From a bacterium (GTDB lineage Bacteria; Zhuqueibacterota; Zhuqueibacteria; Residuimicrobiales; Krinioviventaceae), in NCBI GenBank assembly GCA_963675755.2, contig CAXXMD010000002.1, positions 640,001 through 704,000 on the forward strand: a stretch of 64,000 nucleotides of DNA, read 5' to 3'. Position numbers and translations under genes: made by a program. The notes under the pieces were generated by a model. It did no database searches. It was given only the letters and a program-made list of their open reading frames with translations, and was not told where the DNA came from. The first letter of the stretch is position 1; every line of letters starts with the position of its first letter. Of this stretch, positions 9,831-20,537 are shown piece by piece.

Positions 9831-10790
9831 ATGACCAGAAAACCTTTATCTTTTAAAATTATTCGAGCATTCTGGATTTTATCTGAAATCTGTTTGATTC
9901 CAGTAGAAAAACTTTTATGGTTTGTCAATAAATCTCCTATTAACAAGACTGCTTTTAATCCCATATTTATTGTGGGTGCACCCAGATCCGGAACCACATT
10001 ATTATCCCAGGTATTTTTACAATATTTTAATGTCGCATATTTTAACAATATAACCGCCAATTTCCCCAAAACTCCGGTAGCTGCCACCTGGTTTTTCAAA
10101 AGAATGTTTGACAAAATACCCCAATCTGAATATACTTCTAATTTTGGTAAAACATCTGGCAAGTATGGGGCACATGAAGCAGCAGAGTTCTGGTATAGAT
10201 GGTTTCCGCGTGGTGAGGGAATTTATACTCCTGCCGGTGATCTATCCGAAAAACAAAGGAACGAATTGGCCGTAACAATTCAATACATGGCTGCAACAGC
10301 AGGCAAGCCTTTTGCGTTTAAAAACACATACAACGCAATGCGACTGGGAGCTATTCTTGAAGCCATTCCCAACGCAATTATTCTAGTTTGTCATCGGGAT
10401 CCTGTGGATAATGCCCAATCCATTCTAAATGCGAGAATCAAGAATTTTCAATCCAAAGCAACCTGGTGGTCTGTGCCTCCAAAAGAGATAGACCAAATCC
10501 GTAATCTGAACTACAATCAACAGGTCGTTGATCAGGTTTATTATATTGAAGAACAGATAAAGCGTGATGAAAATGATCGTTTTGTCCATGTAAATTACCA
10601 GGAATTATGCCAGGAACCGCAAAAAACGCTGGATACAATAGCTGAAAAAATTGAAACAAAAGGATTAAATTTATCAATCCGGAATCCAAACCTGCCGGAA
10701 TCATTCCAATTATCAACTGGATGCAAAGTGGATCCGGATGATTATGAACAAATCCAGGCACATGTAAACGAGTTGTGGGGTGAAAAGTGA
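9831..10790 (+). CDS. PAPS-dependent sulfotransferase
   Basis: IFIVGAPRSGTTLL 5'-PSB motif and HRDPVDNAQS 3'-PB motif; ATG at 9831 just after the flippase stop. Confidence 0.85.
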   Translation: MTRKPLSFKIIRAFWILSEICLIPVEKLLWFVNKSPINKTAFNPIFIVGAPRSGTTLLSQVFLQYFNVAYFNNITANFPKTPVAATWFFKRMFDKIPQSEYTSNFGKTSGKYGAHEAAEFWYRWFPRGEGIYTPAGDLSEKQRNELAVTIQYMAATAGKPFAFKNTYNAMRLGAILEAIPNAIILVCHRDPVDNAQSILNARIKNFQSKATWWSVPPKEIDQIRNLNYNQQVVDQVYYIEEQIKRDENDRFVHVNYQELCQEPQKTLDTIAEKIETKGLNLSIRNPNLPESFQLSTGCKVDPDDYEQIQAHVNELWGEK

Positions 10791-11698
10791 TTATTGAAAA
10801 ACCGGGAACCATTTTTATGCAACCCTGGTGGCTGGATGCTGTAGCCCCCGGTCAATGGAGCGAGATCAGCATTTCCAACAATGATGAGATTGTTGCACGC
10901 ATACCTTATTGCATTGTGAAAAAATGGGGATTAAAATTTATTACAATGCCGGAATTGACCCAACATTTAGGACCATGGATTCAAAAAAGTGAATCTGAAA
11001 AAAATTATACCCGACTGTCATCTGAATATCAACTGGTTCATGATTTAATCAATAAATTACCTAAATTTCATTACTTTACCCAACGGTTTTCAACGCATTA
11101 TACAAACTGGCTGCCTTTTTATTGGAAGGGTTTTCAGCAAACTACCTATTATTCATATTCTATTGATAATATATCAGATCCACAGGTTATATGGAAGACT
11201 TTGCATGAGACTGCCAGACGGCAGGTGCGTAAAGCTGAAAAACAGCTTGAGGTGCAGGATTGTGATATTGAATCCTTTTACAACATCAATACAATGACAT
11301 TTACTCGTCAGGGACTCAAGAATCCTCACTCTTTTCAAAAGATTGAAAACCTGTACAATGCATGTTCAAAAAGAGACGCATGTAAAATATTCAAAGCAGT
11401 CGACGAGTCAAACCACATTCATGCGGTATTATTTCTGGTCTGGGATGATGAACGGGCATATTATTTACTGGGAGGGGCTGACCCGGAATTACGTAAAAGT
11501 GGCGCTTCAAGTTTACTCATGTGGAATGCGATTCAATTTGCATCTACAAAAGTCAGCATCTTTGACTTTGAAGGATCCATGATTCCCGGTATTGAAAAGT
11601 TTTTCAGAACTTTTGGGGCTACACCCAAGCCATATTTCAAGATTACCAAAGTTAATCATCCCATGCTTCGAATTGTAAAAAATCTGATAGCTAAATAA
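10787..11698 (+). CDS. FemAB-like/GNAT-family acyl- or aminoacyltransferase
   Basis: IFMQPWWLDAV, NWLPFYWKGF, AYYLLGG, FDFEGSMIPGIEKFFRTFGA motifs of polysaccharide-locus FemAB-like GNATs. Confidence 0.8.
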   Translation: MIIEKPGTIFMQPWWLDAVAPGQWSEISISNNDEIVARIPYCIVKKWGLKFITMPELTQHLGPWIQKSESEKNYTRLSSEYQLVHDLINKLPKFHYFTQRFSTHYTNWLPFYWKGFQQTTYYSYSIDNISDPQVIWKTLHETARRQVRKAEKQLEVQDCDIESFYNINTMTFTRQGLKNPHSFQKIENLYNACSKRDACKIFKAVDESNHIHAVLFLVWDDERAYYLLGGADPELRKSGASSLLMWNAIQFASTKVSIFDFEGSMIPGIEKFFRTFGATPKPYFKITKVNHPMLRIVKNLIAK

Positions 11699-11711
11699 CA
11701 AGAGATTACTC

Positions 11712-13121
11712 ATGAACCAATCCATAACTTTTGTTTACGAGAATTCACGATTTGATGCAGAAATCATATATGCTGCACAACTCTTGTTTGACCCCTTTGA
11801 TGTATCTCTTGAATTTTTACCTCTTGCTCAATTGTCATCAGAACAGAATATAACTGTTTTCTATGGCAGTGAATCCAATTATTCTTCTATTTCACCCAAA
11901 TTATTCATACAAGAATCTGATTTTTTTACTCAACATTATCCAAACCGTACTATTCCGGAGATTAAGCCAAACCGCGATCCCAACAGTTTGGTGCTTTTTT
12001 CACCGGATGATTTGGTAATGAATAAAAAAAGTAATACAATCTTTGTAAATCAGGATATTATTGCTTCTACATTTTTCTGGGCCAGCAGATATGAAGAATT
12101 ATGCGCATTGGACAAAGATTCTCATAACAGGTTTACCGCCAATCAATCCATCGCTTTGCAAAATAATGTTTTACCAATACCCATTATTGATAATTATGCA
12201 GAGATGATCAAAACCTGGTTGCAGTTATCCGGTATCAAACTGTTTCCAAAATCCCGATACAAAGATTATGACTTTATTATTTGTCCTACCCATGACATAG
12301 ATACACTGACCAAAGGAAGATACGAAGCAATATACCATGAACTCAGGCAATTAAAATCAAATCCTGCAAAGTCACTCAGGAATTTGTTATATCTGACTGC
12401 CACGCTTTTTAATCGTGATATCTATTGGAATTTTCAACAGATTCTTGATATTGAGAAAGAGCTCAATGCCACTTCAACATTTTATTTTTTACCTAAAACA
12501 GAGTACAAGGTTGATGCGGATTATGACTTTAACAATAAAGCATTTCAGCATGTGTTTAAATCAATACTTGAAGATAAAAGCGAAATCGGATTGCATGCAA
12601 GTTATAATTCGTTATATGAAAACAATGCAATTTTAGATCAAAAACAAAGGTTGGAAGAGGCTGCGCAAATTCAATTAAAAAGTATCCGCCATCACTTTTT
12701 GCGTATTGATATTGAATCCGTTTGGGACGTTCACGCTAACAGCGGCTTTGAGATTGACACTTCACTAGGTTTTGCAGAGTATCCCGGATTTAGATCAGGA
12801 CTGGCAAGACCGTTTCAACCCTTTGATTTCAAGAGCCGCTCTAAATACAATATATTGGAAATTCCATTAATTATTATGGATGGAACATTCAGCCATTACT
12901 TGAATCAATCCCCGGAAACTGCCTGGGAACATATTCTACCCATACTTGAACAGGTTAAAAAACATAGAGGTGTTGCATCAGTATTGTGGCACAATACATT
13001 GTTTACCAAATACAAATACCCGGGATTTAAAGAGTTGTTTGAACAGATATTAACATGGGTTAATGCTAATAATGGTAAATGCTTGTCCATTAAGGAAGCT
13101 GCTGATATCTGGAATTCATGA
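11712..13121 (+). CDS. Polysaccharide deacetylase-like protein (CE4/NodB fold)
   Basis: THDID, EIGLHASY, RHHFLR, PLIIMD and VLWHN motifs. Confidence 0.8.
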   Translation: MNQSITFVYENSRFDAEIIYAAQLLFDPFDVSLEFLPLAQLSSEQNITVFYGSESNYSSISPKLFIQESDFFTQHYPNRTIPEIKPNRDPNSLVLFSPDDLVMNKKSNTIFVNQDIIASTFFWASRYEELCALDKDSHNRFTANQSIALQNNVLPIPIIDNYAEMIKTWLQLSGIKLFPKSRYKDYDFIICPTHDIDTLTKGRYEAIYHELRQLKSNPAKSLRNLLYLTATLFNRDIYWNFQQILDIEKELNATSTFYFLPKTEYKVDADYDFNNKAFQHVFKSILEDKSEIGLHASYNSLYENNAILDQKQRLEEAAQIQLKSIRHHFLRIDIESVWDVHANSGFEIDTSLGFAEYPGFRSGLARPFQPFDFKSRSKYNILEIPLIIMDGTFSHYLNQSPETAWEHILPILEQVKKHRGVASVLWHNTLFTKYKYPGFKELFEQILTWVNANNGKCLSIKEAADIWNS

Positions 13122-13230
13122 TAATTTAAATTCATCTCTACAATTTCTACTTGCTTTTTAATCCATAACCCCTATATTAGTATACATTTCACGGGAAGTA
13201 TCTAAACTATTCATTTGAAATTTCTTTATT

Positions 13231-14769
13231 ATGCTCTCACAAATACTGGGTAGTGCTGTATTGGGCATTAATGCCTATATTGTCAAAGTGGAAGTGAATT
13301 TAGAGCGGGGACAACCCAAGTTTTTCATGGCAGGTTTGCCAGATGGCGCAGTACGTGAAGCACATTATCGTGTTTTTGCGGCTGTCAAAAATTCGGGGTA
13401 TCGGTTTCCTGTAAACATCATCACCGTTAATCTTGCTCCGGCCGATATAAAAAAGGAGGGATCCGCCTTTGATCTCCCCATAGCTATTGGCATATTGTCC
13501 GCTGCAGGCATGATTAACGATGACAAATTAAAGGACTATGTAATCCTTGGCGAACTCAGCCTTGATGGTACTTTGCGTCCCATTAAAGGAACACTTTCCA
13601 TTGCTACAGAAGTGGTTCGAAACAAGATTAAGGGGATAATAGTACCCGAAACCAATGCAAAAGAAGCAGCAATGGCCAGAGATCTGGATGTAATACCTGT
13701 TAAATCTCTGAACGACACGATAAATTTTTTGAATGGCGATGAAGAAATTCAACCTTTTCGTGTAAATATGGAGCAGATATTTACCCAACAGCGTAATTAC
13801 ATTCATGATTTTTTGGATGTTAAAGGGCAGGAGCATGTAAAGCGCGCCCTTGAAGTTGCTGCTGCAGGCGGTCATAATATAATTATGATTGGACCTCCTG
13901 GTTCAGGTAAAACCATGTTATCAAAGCGCATACCGACAATACTGCCGGATATGACTTTGGGGGAATCTCTTGCCACTACAAAAATTTATTCTGTTGCGGG
14001 CTTGTTACCTGATAATAAAGCGCTGGTAGCTACGCGTCCATTTCGTTCTCCGCACCATACTATTAGCGATGCCGGGCTAATTGGAGGTGGTAATATCCCA
14101 AGACCCGGAGAGGTGAGTCTTGCACATCACGGTGTTTTGTTTCTTGACGAGTTACCTGAATTCAAAAAAAATGTACTTGAAGTGATGCGTCAACCTCTTG
14201 AGGATGGCAAGGTTACCATTTCACGAGCTGCCTTGTCACTGACTTATCCGGCAGAGTTTATGCTTGCCGCTGCCATGAATCCGTGTCCGTGTGGATATTA
14301 TACGGATCCAAACAAGGATTGTACCTGTACAATCCCGCAAATTCAACGATATCTTTCACGAATATCGGGGCCGTTATTGGACAGGATCGATATCCATATT
14401 GAAGTTCCTGCAGTCAAATACAAAGAGTTAAGCAGCAGGGAATCCGGCGAATCATCAACACAAATAAGAAATCGTGTTCTTCGGGCCAGAAAAATTCAAC
14501 TGGAACGCTTCAAAGAACAAAAACATCTGTTCTGTAACGCAAGAATGAACTCGAGAGAAATACGCAAGTATTGCGAGTTGGATGTTCAGGGCAACAACTT
14601 GTTGAAAATGGCAATAACAAAACTTGGATTGTCTGCAAGAGCCTATGACAGAATTCTCAAAGTATCTCGAACCATTGCAGACTTGGAAGGTTCACACATG
14701 ATCAAACCTGAATTTGTCAGTGAAGCCATTCAATACCGGAGTTTGGACAGGATAGGGGTGTTCAAGTAA
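13231..14769 (+). CDS. comM: ComM/YifB Mg-chelatase-like AAA+ ATPase
   Basis: [62 protein letters not shown]. Confidence 0.93.
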   Translation: MLSQILGSAVLGINAYIVKVEVNLERGQPKFFMAGLPDGAVREAHYRVFAAVKNSGYRFPVNIITVNLAPADIKKEGSAFDLPIAIGILSAAGMINDDKLKDYVILGELSLDGTLRPIKGTLSIATEVVRNKIKGIIVPETNAKEAAMARDLDVIPVKSLNDTINFLNGDEEIQPFRVNMEQIFTQQRNYIHDFLDVKGQEHVKRALEVAAAGGHNIIMIGPPGSGKTMLSKRIPTILPDMTLGESLATTKIYSVAGLLPDNKALVATRPFRSPHHTISDAGLIGGGNIPRPGEVSLAHHGVLFLDELPEFKKNVLEVMRQPLEDGKVTISRAALSLTYPAEFMLAAAMNPCPCGYYTDPNKDCTCTIPQIQRYLSRISGPLLDRIDIHIEVPAVKYKELSSRESGESSTQIRNRVLRARKIQLERFKEQKHLFCNARMNSREIRKYCELDVQGNNLLKMAITKLGLSARAYDRILKVSRTIADLEGSHMIKPEFVSEAIQYRSLDRIGVFK

Positions 14770-14837
14770 ATATTTATCAATAATAATAAAAAATTCAAGC
14801 TCTTGACGTATTATCTCATAAAATGATTGAAAACATA

Positions 14838-14866
14838 TTGATTTTCTTGCAATATCTCTATATAAT
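14838..14866 (+). promoter_or_regulatory. sigma70-type promoter
   Basis: TTGATT-17 bp-TATAAT, about 30 bp upstream of the ATG at 14896, which has an AGAGGA RBS. Confidence 0.6.
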
Positions 14867-14895
14867 TCAAAAACAGATAATGCAAAGAGGATAGT

Positions 14896-16200
14896 ATGAA
14901 AAAGAACCCATTTTTTTTGATTTTTGTGATGATTTTTACAAGTGTATCTATTGCATTAGCTGATGTTCAACTGGTTCCTGTTGATAAAGGTTGGGCAAAG
15001 AACTCTATCAATACTGTAATCTTTAGACGTAACTCGGTTGTTTCACATTTGGATAATCAATACGTCGCCTATTATGATGCTGATGGATTTGTTGTACTTG
15101 CCAAACGCAAATTGGGTTCGACCAAATGGGAAATACATAAAACACAGTATACAGGCAACATCAAAGATGCTCACAACTCGATCAGCCTAATAGTTGATGG
15201 CGATGGTTATCTGCATATGTCCTGGGACCATCATAATAACCCTCTAAATTATTGTAAAAGCAAAGAACCCGGTTCTCTCGAACTCACAGAACCCCTATCC
15301 ATGTCAGGGATAAAAGAGGATAAAGTGACGTATCCGGAATTCTATAGATTACCAAATGGAGATTTGCTTTTCCTGTTTCGTGATGGTGCTTCAGGACGGG
15401 GTAACCTAATGATGAATCATTATGATCTAAAATCCAGGACATGGACACAGCGCCAGGATGCTTTCATTAATGGTGAAGGTGAACGAAATGCGTACTGGCA
15501 AATGTGTACGGATCCCCAAGGAGCTATTCACATATCATGGGTTTGGAGAGAAACCGGTGATGTAGCAACTAATCATGATCTTGCTTATGCAAAATCAACA
15601 GACGGTGGAAAGACCTGGCAAAAATCTACTGGTGAATTATATCAGCTTCCCATAACAAAAGCAAATGCAGAATATGCGGCCTTTATACCACAATCAAGTG
15701 AATTGACAAACACTACATCCATGTGTGCAGATTCAAAGGGGAGACCCTATATTGCAACCTATTGGAGATCACAGGATTCAGAGATTCCTCAGTATCATTT
15801 GGTTTTTCATGATGGTAAGCAATGGCAAATACAGCAGATCAGTAAGCGAAAAACTCCATTCAGCCTCAGTGGCCGTGGTGAAAAGCGGGTACCCATTTCA
15901 AGATGTCAGATTTTTGCCGACTCTGATGGACTAACTGACAAAGCATATATGCTGTTTCGTGATATTGAGCGAAAGGATCGTGTATCCATCGCTATTTGTG
16001 AAAACCTTGACAATAGGGAATGGCAAATAAAAGATTTAACAGATTTTGCAGTTGGCATGTGGGAACCCTGTTATGATACAGAATTGTGGAAATGTAACAA
16101 GGTTCTTCATGTATTTCTGCAAAAAGTAGGTCAGGGTGATGGGGGCGCATTGGAAGAAATTCCACCTCAAGAGATCTCGATTTTGGAATGGACCCCCTAA
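14896..16200 (+). CDS. Secreted BNR-repeat (BNR_4) beta-propeller, sialidase/lyase-like
   Basis: Signal peptide; DAHNSIS..DGDGYLHMSWDHH, TYPEF and the Asp-box STDGGKTW. Confidence 0.8.
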   Translation: MKKNPFFLIFVMIFTSVSIALADVQLVPVDKGWAKNSINTVIFRRNSVVSHLDNQYVAYYDADGFVVLAKRKLGSTKWEIHKTQYTGNIKDAHNSISLIVDGDGYLHMSWDHHNNPLNYCKSKEPGSLELTEPLSMSGIKEDKVTYPEFYRLPNGDLLFLFRDGASGRGNLMMNHYDLKSRTWTQRQDAFINGEGERNAYWQMCTDPQGAIHISWVWRETGDVATNHDLAYAKSTDGGKTWQKSTGELYQLPITKANAEYAAFIPQSSELTNTTSMCADSKGRPYIATYWRSQDSEIPQYHLVFHDGKQWQIQQISKRKTPFSLSGRGEKRVPISRCQIFADSDGLTDKAYMLFRDIERKDRVSIAICENLDNREWQIKDLTDFAVGMWEPCYDTELWKCNKVLHVFLQKVGQGDGGALEEIPPQEISILEWTP

Positions 16201-16306
16201 ATGCTTACAAAAGACATGTTTCAGAAAACAAGTTCTACTCGACAAGTATGGTATAATACTTGTATTGATTTTATAAAAAAACAAAATCCCTAATTAAAGA
16301 ATATTT

Positions 16307-17800
16307 ATGCGTTTATACAAAATCCTGCTTTCACTATCATTGTTGTTTTTAATAATAATTACCATTATGATGCAGCATTGTTTTGTCGATGATGCTTATA
16401 TCGGCTTTCAAGTTGTAAAAAATGCTATTCATGGGAATGGTTGGGTTTTTAATGCCGGTGAAAGGGTAGAAGCCGTAACCAATATTGGCTGGTTATTGAT
16501 TTTGTATCCTTTCTCCTTTTTAATTCCGGTTACGTTGATCGCCAAGATATTGAATCCAATTTTGATCATTGCTACCATTATCATTTTATTAAAACCTCTG
16601 AAATCGTTCACAAATTACAATTGGGCGGCCTGGTTTACCCTGCTTGTTGTCATCAATTTTGATTACATTTTCTTTTCGCTGGGGGGGATGGAAACCTCGT
16701 TCTTATCGCTTTTATTAAGCATTTTGGCAATAGTCGCATATAAAGGAAAAAACACATATATCATCCCCATAATTTTAGCCTATGCTTTTTTTGTCAGGCC
16801 GGAAACAATTGTTATTTATCCTATAACTTTTGTCATCTTGATGCTCTTTGATCATTGTAATTGGAAAAAAAATCTGTTCCAATTTTCATTATTTGTAATT
16901 TTGATTGGTTTTGGGCAGTTTATGCGCTATTTATATTATGGTAACTGGTTACCCAATACATTCTTGTCCAAACCGGGACAATCTTTGACCCATATCTTTG
17001 AAAATATAGGCAGGCATGGATTCCATTTGCCCAATATTTCAACTCCTTTTTCTGAAATATTATTGGTTTTATTGGTTGTTATTGGAATTCTTTCTATTCC
17101 TAAAAAACACATCAATTTAAAAGCTTTATCTGCTGCTATTGCAGCATGTGCATATTTGTTTGCATTATACGCGCCAACCGACTGGACCAAAACCGGACGA
17201 TATTTTGCGCCCTATGTACCTTACATGACTATGCTTGCCATATTGGGATTTGTTTATGTTTATGATAAAGTGGTCAAGAGTTTCAAATCAGCTTCTCAAA
17301 GTAGCATACAATTAATATCCGGAGCAGTTTTATCTCTTTACATCATCATTGCATCATTTTCGTTTTTGGGATATTTCAATAAAATTAACCTGGAAGCATA
17401 TCCCAATTTTGTTATGACAAGTAAAAATTTGATAGAACCGGCAAAATGGATCAGAGAACATACATCTCCGGATGCTGTTATTGCAACAAGACGGATTGGT
17501 GCTTTGGCATATTACTCGGATCGATACATCTTTGATTTTACGTATGGACTGCCAAATCATAATGTTGCATCAATCATTCACAAAACCAAACGGTCTCATG
17601 ATTCTCCCAATGCGGAAGCATTGAAAGAAATTTGGACATCAACATCTCCGGATTATATTTTAGAAGATACACAAAAAATATTACCATTATTGGCAAAACC
17701 GGATACTCTTTACGTGCAAGGGGAAGTATTTACCATATTGAAGAAATTTCGACTCAACTCGAGTACAGACTGGATCTTGTGCAAAAAATCAGTAGAATAA
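16307..17800 (+). CDS. GT-C-like integral membrane glycosyltransferase
   Basis: VDDAYI after TM1, FNAGERVEA, GMET, RPE, LPNTFLSK, GRYFAP; many TM segments. Confidence 0.7.
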   Translation: MRLYKILLSLSLLFLIIITIMMQHCFVDDAYIGFQVVKNAIHGNGWVFNAGERVEAVTNIGWLLILYPFSFLIPVTLIAKILNPILIIATIIILLKPLKSFTNYNWAAWFTLLVVINFDYIFFSLGGMETSFLSLLLSILAIVAYKGKNTYIIPIILAYAFFVRPETIVIYPITFVILMLFDHCNWKKNLFQFSLFVILIGFGQFMRYLYYGNWLPNTFLSKPGQSLTHIFENIGRHGFHLPNISTPFSEILLVLLVVIGILSIPKKHINLKALSAAIAACAYLFALYAPTDWTKTGRYFAPYVPYMTMLAILGFVYVYDKVVKSFKSASQSSIQLISGAVLSLYIIIASFSFLGYFNKINLEAYPNFVMTSKNLIEPAKWIREHTSPDAVIATRRIGALAYYSDRYIFDFTYGLPNHNVASIIHKTKRSHDSPNAEALKEIWTSTSPDYILEDTQKILPLLAKPDTLYVQGEVFTILKKFRLNSSTDWILCKKSVE

Positions 17801-17840
17801 AATAAATTTTGGGGATTAATAGGGGCTATAGATACAAAAA

Positions 17841-18014
17841 TCCCTGTAACAGGAGCAGCATTAAAAGAACCCTTTCGTCACAGTGGGCACCGCCTTACCG
17901 TTTTTTACTTCCACTGAACACTTCCGAAGAAGCGGAGGCATGTAATACACAGCTAGAGCTAAGCTCCCAATACAAAGGTGTTGGTTCTTTATAACTAACC
18001 ACCTGTAACAGGGA
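17841..18014 (-). ncRNA. ssrS: 6S RNA
   Basis: About 174-nt intergenic element whose ends pair (TCCCTG..CAGG / CCTG..CAGGGA). Minus strand reads GAACCAACAC..GGGAGC..GGTGCCCAC..GGGTTC, the inner-stem pattern typical of 6S RNA. A TTGACT -35 lies upstream on the minus strand at 18045-18050. Confidence 0.75.
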
Positions 18015-18186
18015 CATAATAAAGTTGGCAATTATCGTGCTAAAAGTCAAGTTAAATATTAATAATTTTTAAAAATATTATTCTTGCCAGGATTCATATT
18101 ACGGGATTTTCTGCTTTTCTAAAACTTGTTCTTTTTTTTATTGCTTTATGTGCTTGTATTGTATAATTTATAAAAAAAAGAGTTTG

Positions 18187-19488
18187 ATGATGAAATCAAA
18201 ACGATTTATATATTTAATTCTTTTCTCTATCTTTTTTTCATCTCATTTAATATTTCCTGCACAAAACCAGGTGTTAAAAATTATTATCAATGGGGATATT
18301 AACCCGGTTACTGCACAATATATTATCAAACATATTCATAAAGCTGAATCAGAAAATTTTGAATGTCTGTTGATTGAAATGGATACACCCGGTGGATTGC
18401 TGCAATCAACCCAGGATATTGTTAAAGAAATTCTGGCGGCGAATGTACCTGTAGTTATGTATATAGCACCAAGTGGTGCCGGTGCTGTTTCGGCAGGAGC
18501 ATTTATCACGCTTTCATGTCATATCGCAGCTATGGCTGAGGGCACCAATATAGGAGCGGCTCACCCTGTAAACTTGATGGGAGGGCAGGATACTTCCAAA
18601 GTTATGGGTGATAAAGTTACCAATTATACAGCAACCTGGGCAAGAACTATTGCTGAAAAACGTGGCAGGAATGCCGATTGGGCAGAAGCAGCTGTTCGCG
18701 AAAGCAATTCTATTAATGAAAAAGACGCTCTTGCTAAAAATGTAATAGACCTGATAGCTAATAACCAGACACAACTGCTGGAACGTATCGATGGACGGAC
18801 CATTGATCTTGAAAAAGTTGAACCAAAAACATTGCAAACACTGCATGCTGATGTCATAACATCAGAGATGAATTGGCGTTATAAAATTTTAAATCGACTT
18901 TCTAGCCCCAATATTGCCTATTTTTTAATGATACTGGGCTTTTATGGGATTTTGTTTGAGCTTTCTAATCCCGGTTCAATTTTACCAGGAGTGTTGGGTG
19001 GTATCTTTTTAATTCTTGCTTTTTTTGCATTACAGACTTTGCCGGTGCGTACTGCTGGAATTGTTTTAATCCTGTTTTCATTGGTTCTGTTTGTTGCCGA
19101 GCTCAAAGTATCAAGTTTTGGAATACTAACAATAGGTGGGATAGTAGCCATGTTCCTAGGTTCAATAATGCTTTTCGATCAGGCTCCGGGCTTTCCTGTA
19201 ATGGTTGACTGGAAAATAGCCTTGACCATTGCACTTTCTACTGCTGCTTTCTTTGTATTTGCATTAGGAAAAGCCGTTCAAGCCAGATTAACAAAACCTA
19301 CTACAGGTAAAGAAGGTTTAATAGATGAAATTGGTGTAGCAGCTACTGCTATAAATACAGAAGGCCAGATATTAATTCATGGTGAAATATGGCGAGCCGA
19401 ATCAAAAGAAAAAATTAAAAAAGGCGATAAAATAATCGTTAAAAGTATTAAAGGTCTGACATGTGAAATTGAAAAATTTAATCAATAA
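18187..19488 (+). CDS. nfeD: NfeD membrane-bound ClpP-like serine protease (long form)
   Basis: DTPGG, AVSAG, TNIGAAHPV, TM bundle and C-terminal OB domain GEIWRA; next to a stomatin gene. Confidence 0.9.
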   Translation: MMKSKRFIYLILFSIFFSSHLIFPAQNQVLKIIINGDINPVTAQYIIKHIHKAESENFECLLIEMDTPGGLLQSTQDIVKEILAANVPVVMYIAPSGAGAVSAGAFITLSCHIAAMAEGTNIGAAHPVNLMGGQDTSKVMGDKVTNYTATWARTIAEKRGRNADWAEAAVRESNSINEKDALAKNVIDLIANNQTQLLERIDGRTIDLEKVEPKTLQTLHADVITSEMNWRYKILNRLSSPNIAYFLMILGFYGILFELSNPGSILPGVLGGIFLILAFFALQTLPVRTAGIVLILFSLVLFVAELKVSSFGILTIGGIVAMFLGSIMLFDQAPGFPVMVDWKIALTIALSTAAFFVFALGKAVQARLTKPTTGKEGLIDEIGVAATAINTEGQILIHGEIWRAESKEKIKKGDKIIVKSIKGLTCEIEKFNQ

Positions 19489-19518
19489 ATTTATTCCATC
19501 CTGGAGGAGGAAAAAGTT

Positions 19519-20274
19519 ATGCAGCCCTTAATCGTTATTTTTGTACTGTTGGTGTTGTTACTATCAAGTGCTGTCAAAGTTTTTCGTGAATATGAAAGAG
19601 GTGTTATATTTCGATTAGGACGTTTAATAGGAGACAAGGGACCTGGTATTTTCTTTGTTATTCCAATTGTTGACCGGGTTGTGAAGGTTAGTCTTAGAAT
19701 TATAACATTGGACGTACCAACACAGGATATTATCACAAAAGACAATGTTTCCATCAAAGTAAATGCTGTTATCTTGTACAGGGTATTGGATCCCAGTCGC
19801 GCAATTGTTGAAGTTGAAGATTTTCTTTATGCAACTTCACAACTGGCTCAAACAACATTGAGAAGTATATTAGGCCAGGCAGAATTGGATGAATTGTTGT
19901 CAGAACGTGACAAGATAAATCATGAATTACAAAAAATCATTGATCAACAAACAGATCCATGGGGTATCAAAGTGGTTACGGTTGAAGTAAAACACGTTGA
20001 TCTCCCCTTGGATATGCAGCGAGCCATGGCAAAACAGGCAGAAGCTGAACGTGAAAGACGGGCCAAGATTATCCATGCCAAGGGTGAATTTCAAGCTGCT
20101 GAAACACTTGCCAGTGCTGCAGAAATTATTGCCAAACATCCCCAGGCATTGCAGTTAAGGTATCTGCAAACTTTGTCTGAAATAGCATCAGAGAATAATT
20201 CCACAACTATTTTTCCATTACCTATCGATATGATGAAGCCCTTTTTTAACATGAACAATGATTATAACAAGTAA
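19519..20274 (+). CDS. Slipin/stomatin SPFH-domain protein
   Basis: [51 protein letters not shown]; GGAGGAGG RBS. Confidence 0.92.
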   Translation: MQPLIVIFVLLVLLLSSAVKVFREYERGVIFRLGRLIGDKGPGIFFVIPIVDRVVKVSLRIITLDVPTQDIITKDNVSIKVNAVILYRVLDPSRAIVEVEDFLYATSQLAQTTLRSILGQAELDELLSERDKINHELQKIIDQQTDPWGIKVVTVEVKHVDLPLDMQRAMAKQAEAERERRAKIIHAKGEFQAAETLASAAEIIAKHPQALQLRYLQTLSEIASENNSTTIFPLPIDMMKPFFNMNNDYNK

Positions 20275-20304
20275 AAAAAAGCGGATTTTTATCCGCTTTT
20301 TTTT
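20273..20304. terminator. Intrinsic terminator (A-tract/T-tract)
   Basis: A8-GCGGAT-tttt-ATCCGC-T8. Confidence 0.8.
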
Positions 20305-20359
20305 GAATACATTTACACTTTAATGCATCTAAAAAAGATAACTAACAATGGAGACGTAC

Positions 20360-20536
20360 GTGGATAACGATACAGTACAGCTGATTTTGTTTTTCGTCAT
20401 TTGGATTGCATTACAAAAATATATTTTCCCTAAATTGGGTATTCCTACTTGAATGTCCGGGGCCTGCGATCTTCCGGCGGAAGATGAGAAAAAAGTAAAA
20501 TACAAAGATGTAAACCTTTTAGAGGAAAAAGAATAA
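20360..20536 (+). CDS. Small single-TM protein, probable selenoprotein (UGA at 20450-20452 read as Sec); absent from the ORF track
   Basis: GGAG RBS then GTG (in-frame ATG at 20348 is an alternative start). Translation: MDNDTVQLILFFVIWIALQKYIFPKLGIPT-UGA-MSGACDLPAEDEKKVKYKDVNLLEEKE-TAA, ending 1 nt before the next ATG; SECIS-like hairpin downstream of the UGA. Confidence 0.65.
20469..20485 (+). promoter_or_regulatory. Putative bacterial SECIS element 1
   Basis: Perfect 7-bp stem ATCTTCC/GGAAGAT with a GGC loop starting 23 nt after the UGA. Confidence 0.55.
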
Positions 20537-20537
20537 T

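Noticed and set aside
13231-14769. comM disrupted by a mobile element (a known hotspot)
   Set aside because: The ORF is intact and full length
17809-17994. 61-aa ORF MGINRGY…
   Set aside because: Lies antisense over the 6S RNA, has a TTG start without an RBS, and shows no protein features
18028-18042. sigma54 promoter for the 6S RNA
   Set aside because: The invariant -24 GG is AG; a sigma70-type -35 overlaps it, so it is not called as a feature
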